The position numbers and the translations under genes were made by a program. The notes beneath the pieces were generated by a model. That model had not been told where the DNA came from and did not search any database. It worked only from the letters and a program-made list of their open reading frames with translations. From NCBI GenBank assembly GCA_026419835.1, contig JAOAKQ010000004.1, forward strand, positions 42,388 through 106,387: a stretch of DNA of 64,000 nucleotides. Direction: 5' to 3'. Source of the DNA: Sulfolobales archaeon. GTDB lineage: Archaea; Thermoproteota; Thermoprotei_A; Sulfolobales; NBVN01. Positions 62,819-64,000 of the stretch are shown in pieces; position 1 is the stretch's first letter; each line of letters starts with the position of its first letter.

Positions 62819-63777
62819 CAGGAGTACTCGTTGAGTACGCGCCTGGGGGTTGTTGGAAGAGCCTCTACGACGGTTCCGAAACCTAGAACTTCAGCTAGCC
62901 TCAGAGGCGCTAGGTACCTATCTCCTAAGCGAACCACGGCTCCCGCCAACCACACATCCCTCAGATCCACTCCCCCGACCTCAACCCACCTAACTACACC
63001 TCCATCAACTACCTCGAAGAACCTCCTAGTCGATAGAGCTCTCCGCGCGAGTCTCCTAGGGTACTGGTACGCGTCTTTGTATACCGCTGGGCAGTAGTGA
63101 ACCGATATACCCAGCCCACTCTCCTCGACCCACTCAATGAGCTTTACAGCGACGTCTCTAGACCCCTCAACGGACCTCCCGGAGCTGGATGGTCTCAGCC
63201 CGCGGAGTACTAGGGAGTCTAGGTTGGACTCGCTGACCTCTAGCTCGTTGAGATTTACGTACCTAACACCCATGGAGTCGAGCCTCTTCACTAGAGATTT
63301 GAGGAACTCTTCGCGACCGGGTATCGCCGGGTTCTCGACGACTACGTCTACCGGGTACTCTAGAGCTACTCCAACAGCATCTAGCGACCTACTGGAGACT
63401 ACGTGTACTCTTAGCTCATCGAGTCCGGCACTCACCAGTCTCTCCAAGCTACCTCTACTGAGAGCGGTGCCAGTAGTGTAGAGGTGTACGTGGAAGCGCG
63501 AACCGAATACTTCCTTGAGCAGCTTAACGTACTCCTCAACTCTCTCTAGAGTGAGCAGCGGGTCGCCCCCCGTAATCCCCACACCCTCAGACATTGAGGC
63601 AGCCACCTCTTCGACAACGTCCTTCGGGTCGCCCACCGGGACTTCATTTACGTACACCACATCCCTACCTCTTCTATCTCTAGATACGGGACAGTAGAAG
63701 CAGTTATCTCGGCAGACCCCCGTTACGAACAGCACAGACTTAGCGCCGGCCATGCAGAGTCCGCAGCCAGTCGGCAA
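62806..63777 (-). CDS. radical SAM protein (PFL-activase-related, COG2108-like)
   Basis: CRDNCFYCP (CxxxCxxC), ITGGDPLL. Confidence 0.75.
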   Translation of the reverse strand: MPTGCGLCMAGAKSVLFVTGVCRDNCFYCPVSRDRRGRDVVYVNEVPVGDPKDVVEEVAASMSEGVGITGGDPLLTLERVEEYVKLLKEVFGSRFHVHLYTTGTALSRGSLERLVSAGLDELRVHVVSSRSLDAVGVALEYPVDVVVENPAIPGREEFLKSLVKRLDSMGVRYVNLNELEVSESNLDSLVLRGLRPSSSGRSVEGSRDVAVKLIEWVEESGLGISVHYCPAVYKDAYQYPRRLARRALSTRRFFEVVDGGVVRWVEVGGVDLRDVWLAGAVVRLGDRYLAPLRLAEVLGFGTVVEALPTTPRRVLNEYSWCRH

Positions 63778-64000
63778 CTCCCCCGTCCAGTACCCGAGCT
63801 CCTCACTGCCTCTTATCTAGCCGCACCTCTAGAGACATGGTTCGGGAACTTATTAGCGTTGAAGCGCCCTATACCGCGGCCCCGCTACCACACATCGCCT
63901 CAAAGAGCTCGCTCTGAGCTATGAAGATGGTGGGCGATCAGTCTAGCGGGGTACAGAGCTCCTCACCACATTCTTAACCACATCTACGGCTACATCTAGA

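Noticed and set aside
1-64000. CRISPR arrays, IS elements or transposases, rRNA genes
   Set aside because: I found no regularly spaced 24-40-nt repeats, no transposase or integrase motifs in any ORF, and no rRNA-like conserved stretches.

Overview
The window reads as a chromosomal segment from a hyperthermophilic crenarchaeon, probably Thermoprotei and Desulfurococcales-like. This assignment is inferred from gene content only. Supporting genes are Alba, ribosomal proteins L14e/S24e/S27ae, TFB, Gar1, an intron-split cbf5, separate kae1 and bud32, XPB, and C/D-box sRNA-like elements. About 90% of the window is coding, and many genes have overlapping start and stop codons. I saw no rRNA, CRISPR array, transposase or integrase. 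There is one tRNA, tRNA-Arg(GCG). Housekeeping blocks include translation and RNA modification, SufCB, class I fumarase, malic enzyme, PurB and FeoB. Seven loci deserve a closer look. (1) A LuxE-like/LuxC-like/extended-SDR operon at 26.0-29.8 kb, followed by an MFS transporter. (2) Two tandem paralogous subtilisin-like proteases at 17.9-23.7 kb, each fused to a coiled-coil stalk and a C-terminal membrane anchor, sharing a 137-nt identical tract. (3) A six-gene, translationally coupled MoxR/DUF4129-like/membrane/DUF4350-like/DUF58 operon at 46.8-52.9 kb. (4) A DUF1343 (NamZ-like) gene paired with a DAP-decarboxylase-family gene. (5) Three tandem GH130 genes. (6) Four C/D-box sRNA candidates and a helix-dense ORF-free spacer at 58.2-58.4 kb. 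(7) A perfect 22-bp palindrome over the putative feoB promoter. All product calls come from motif recognition by eye. No database search was run.
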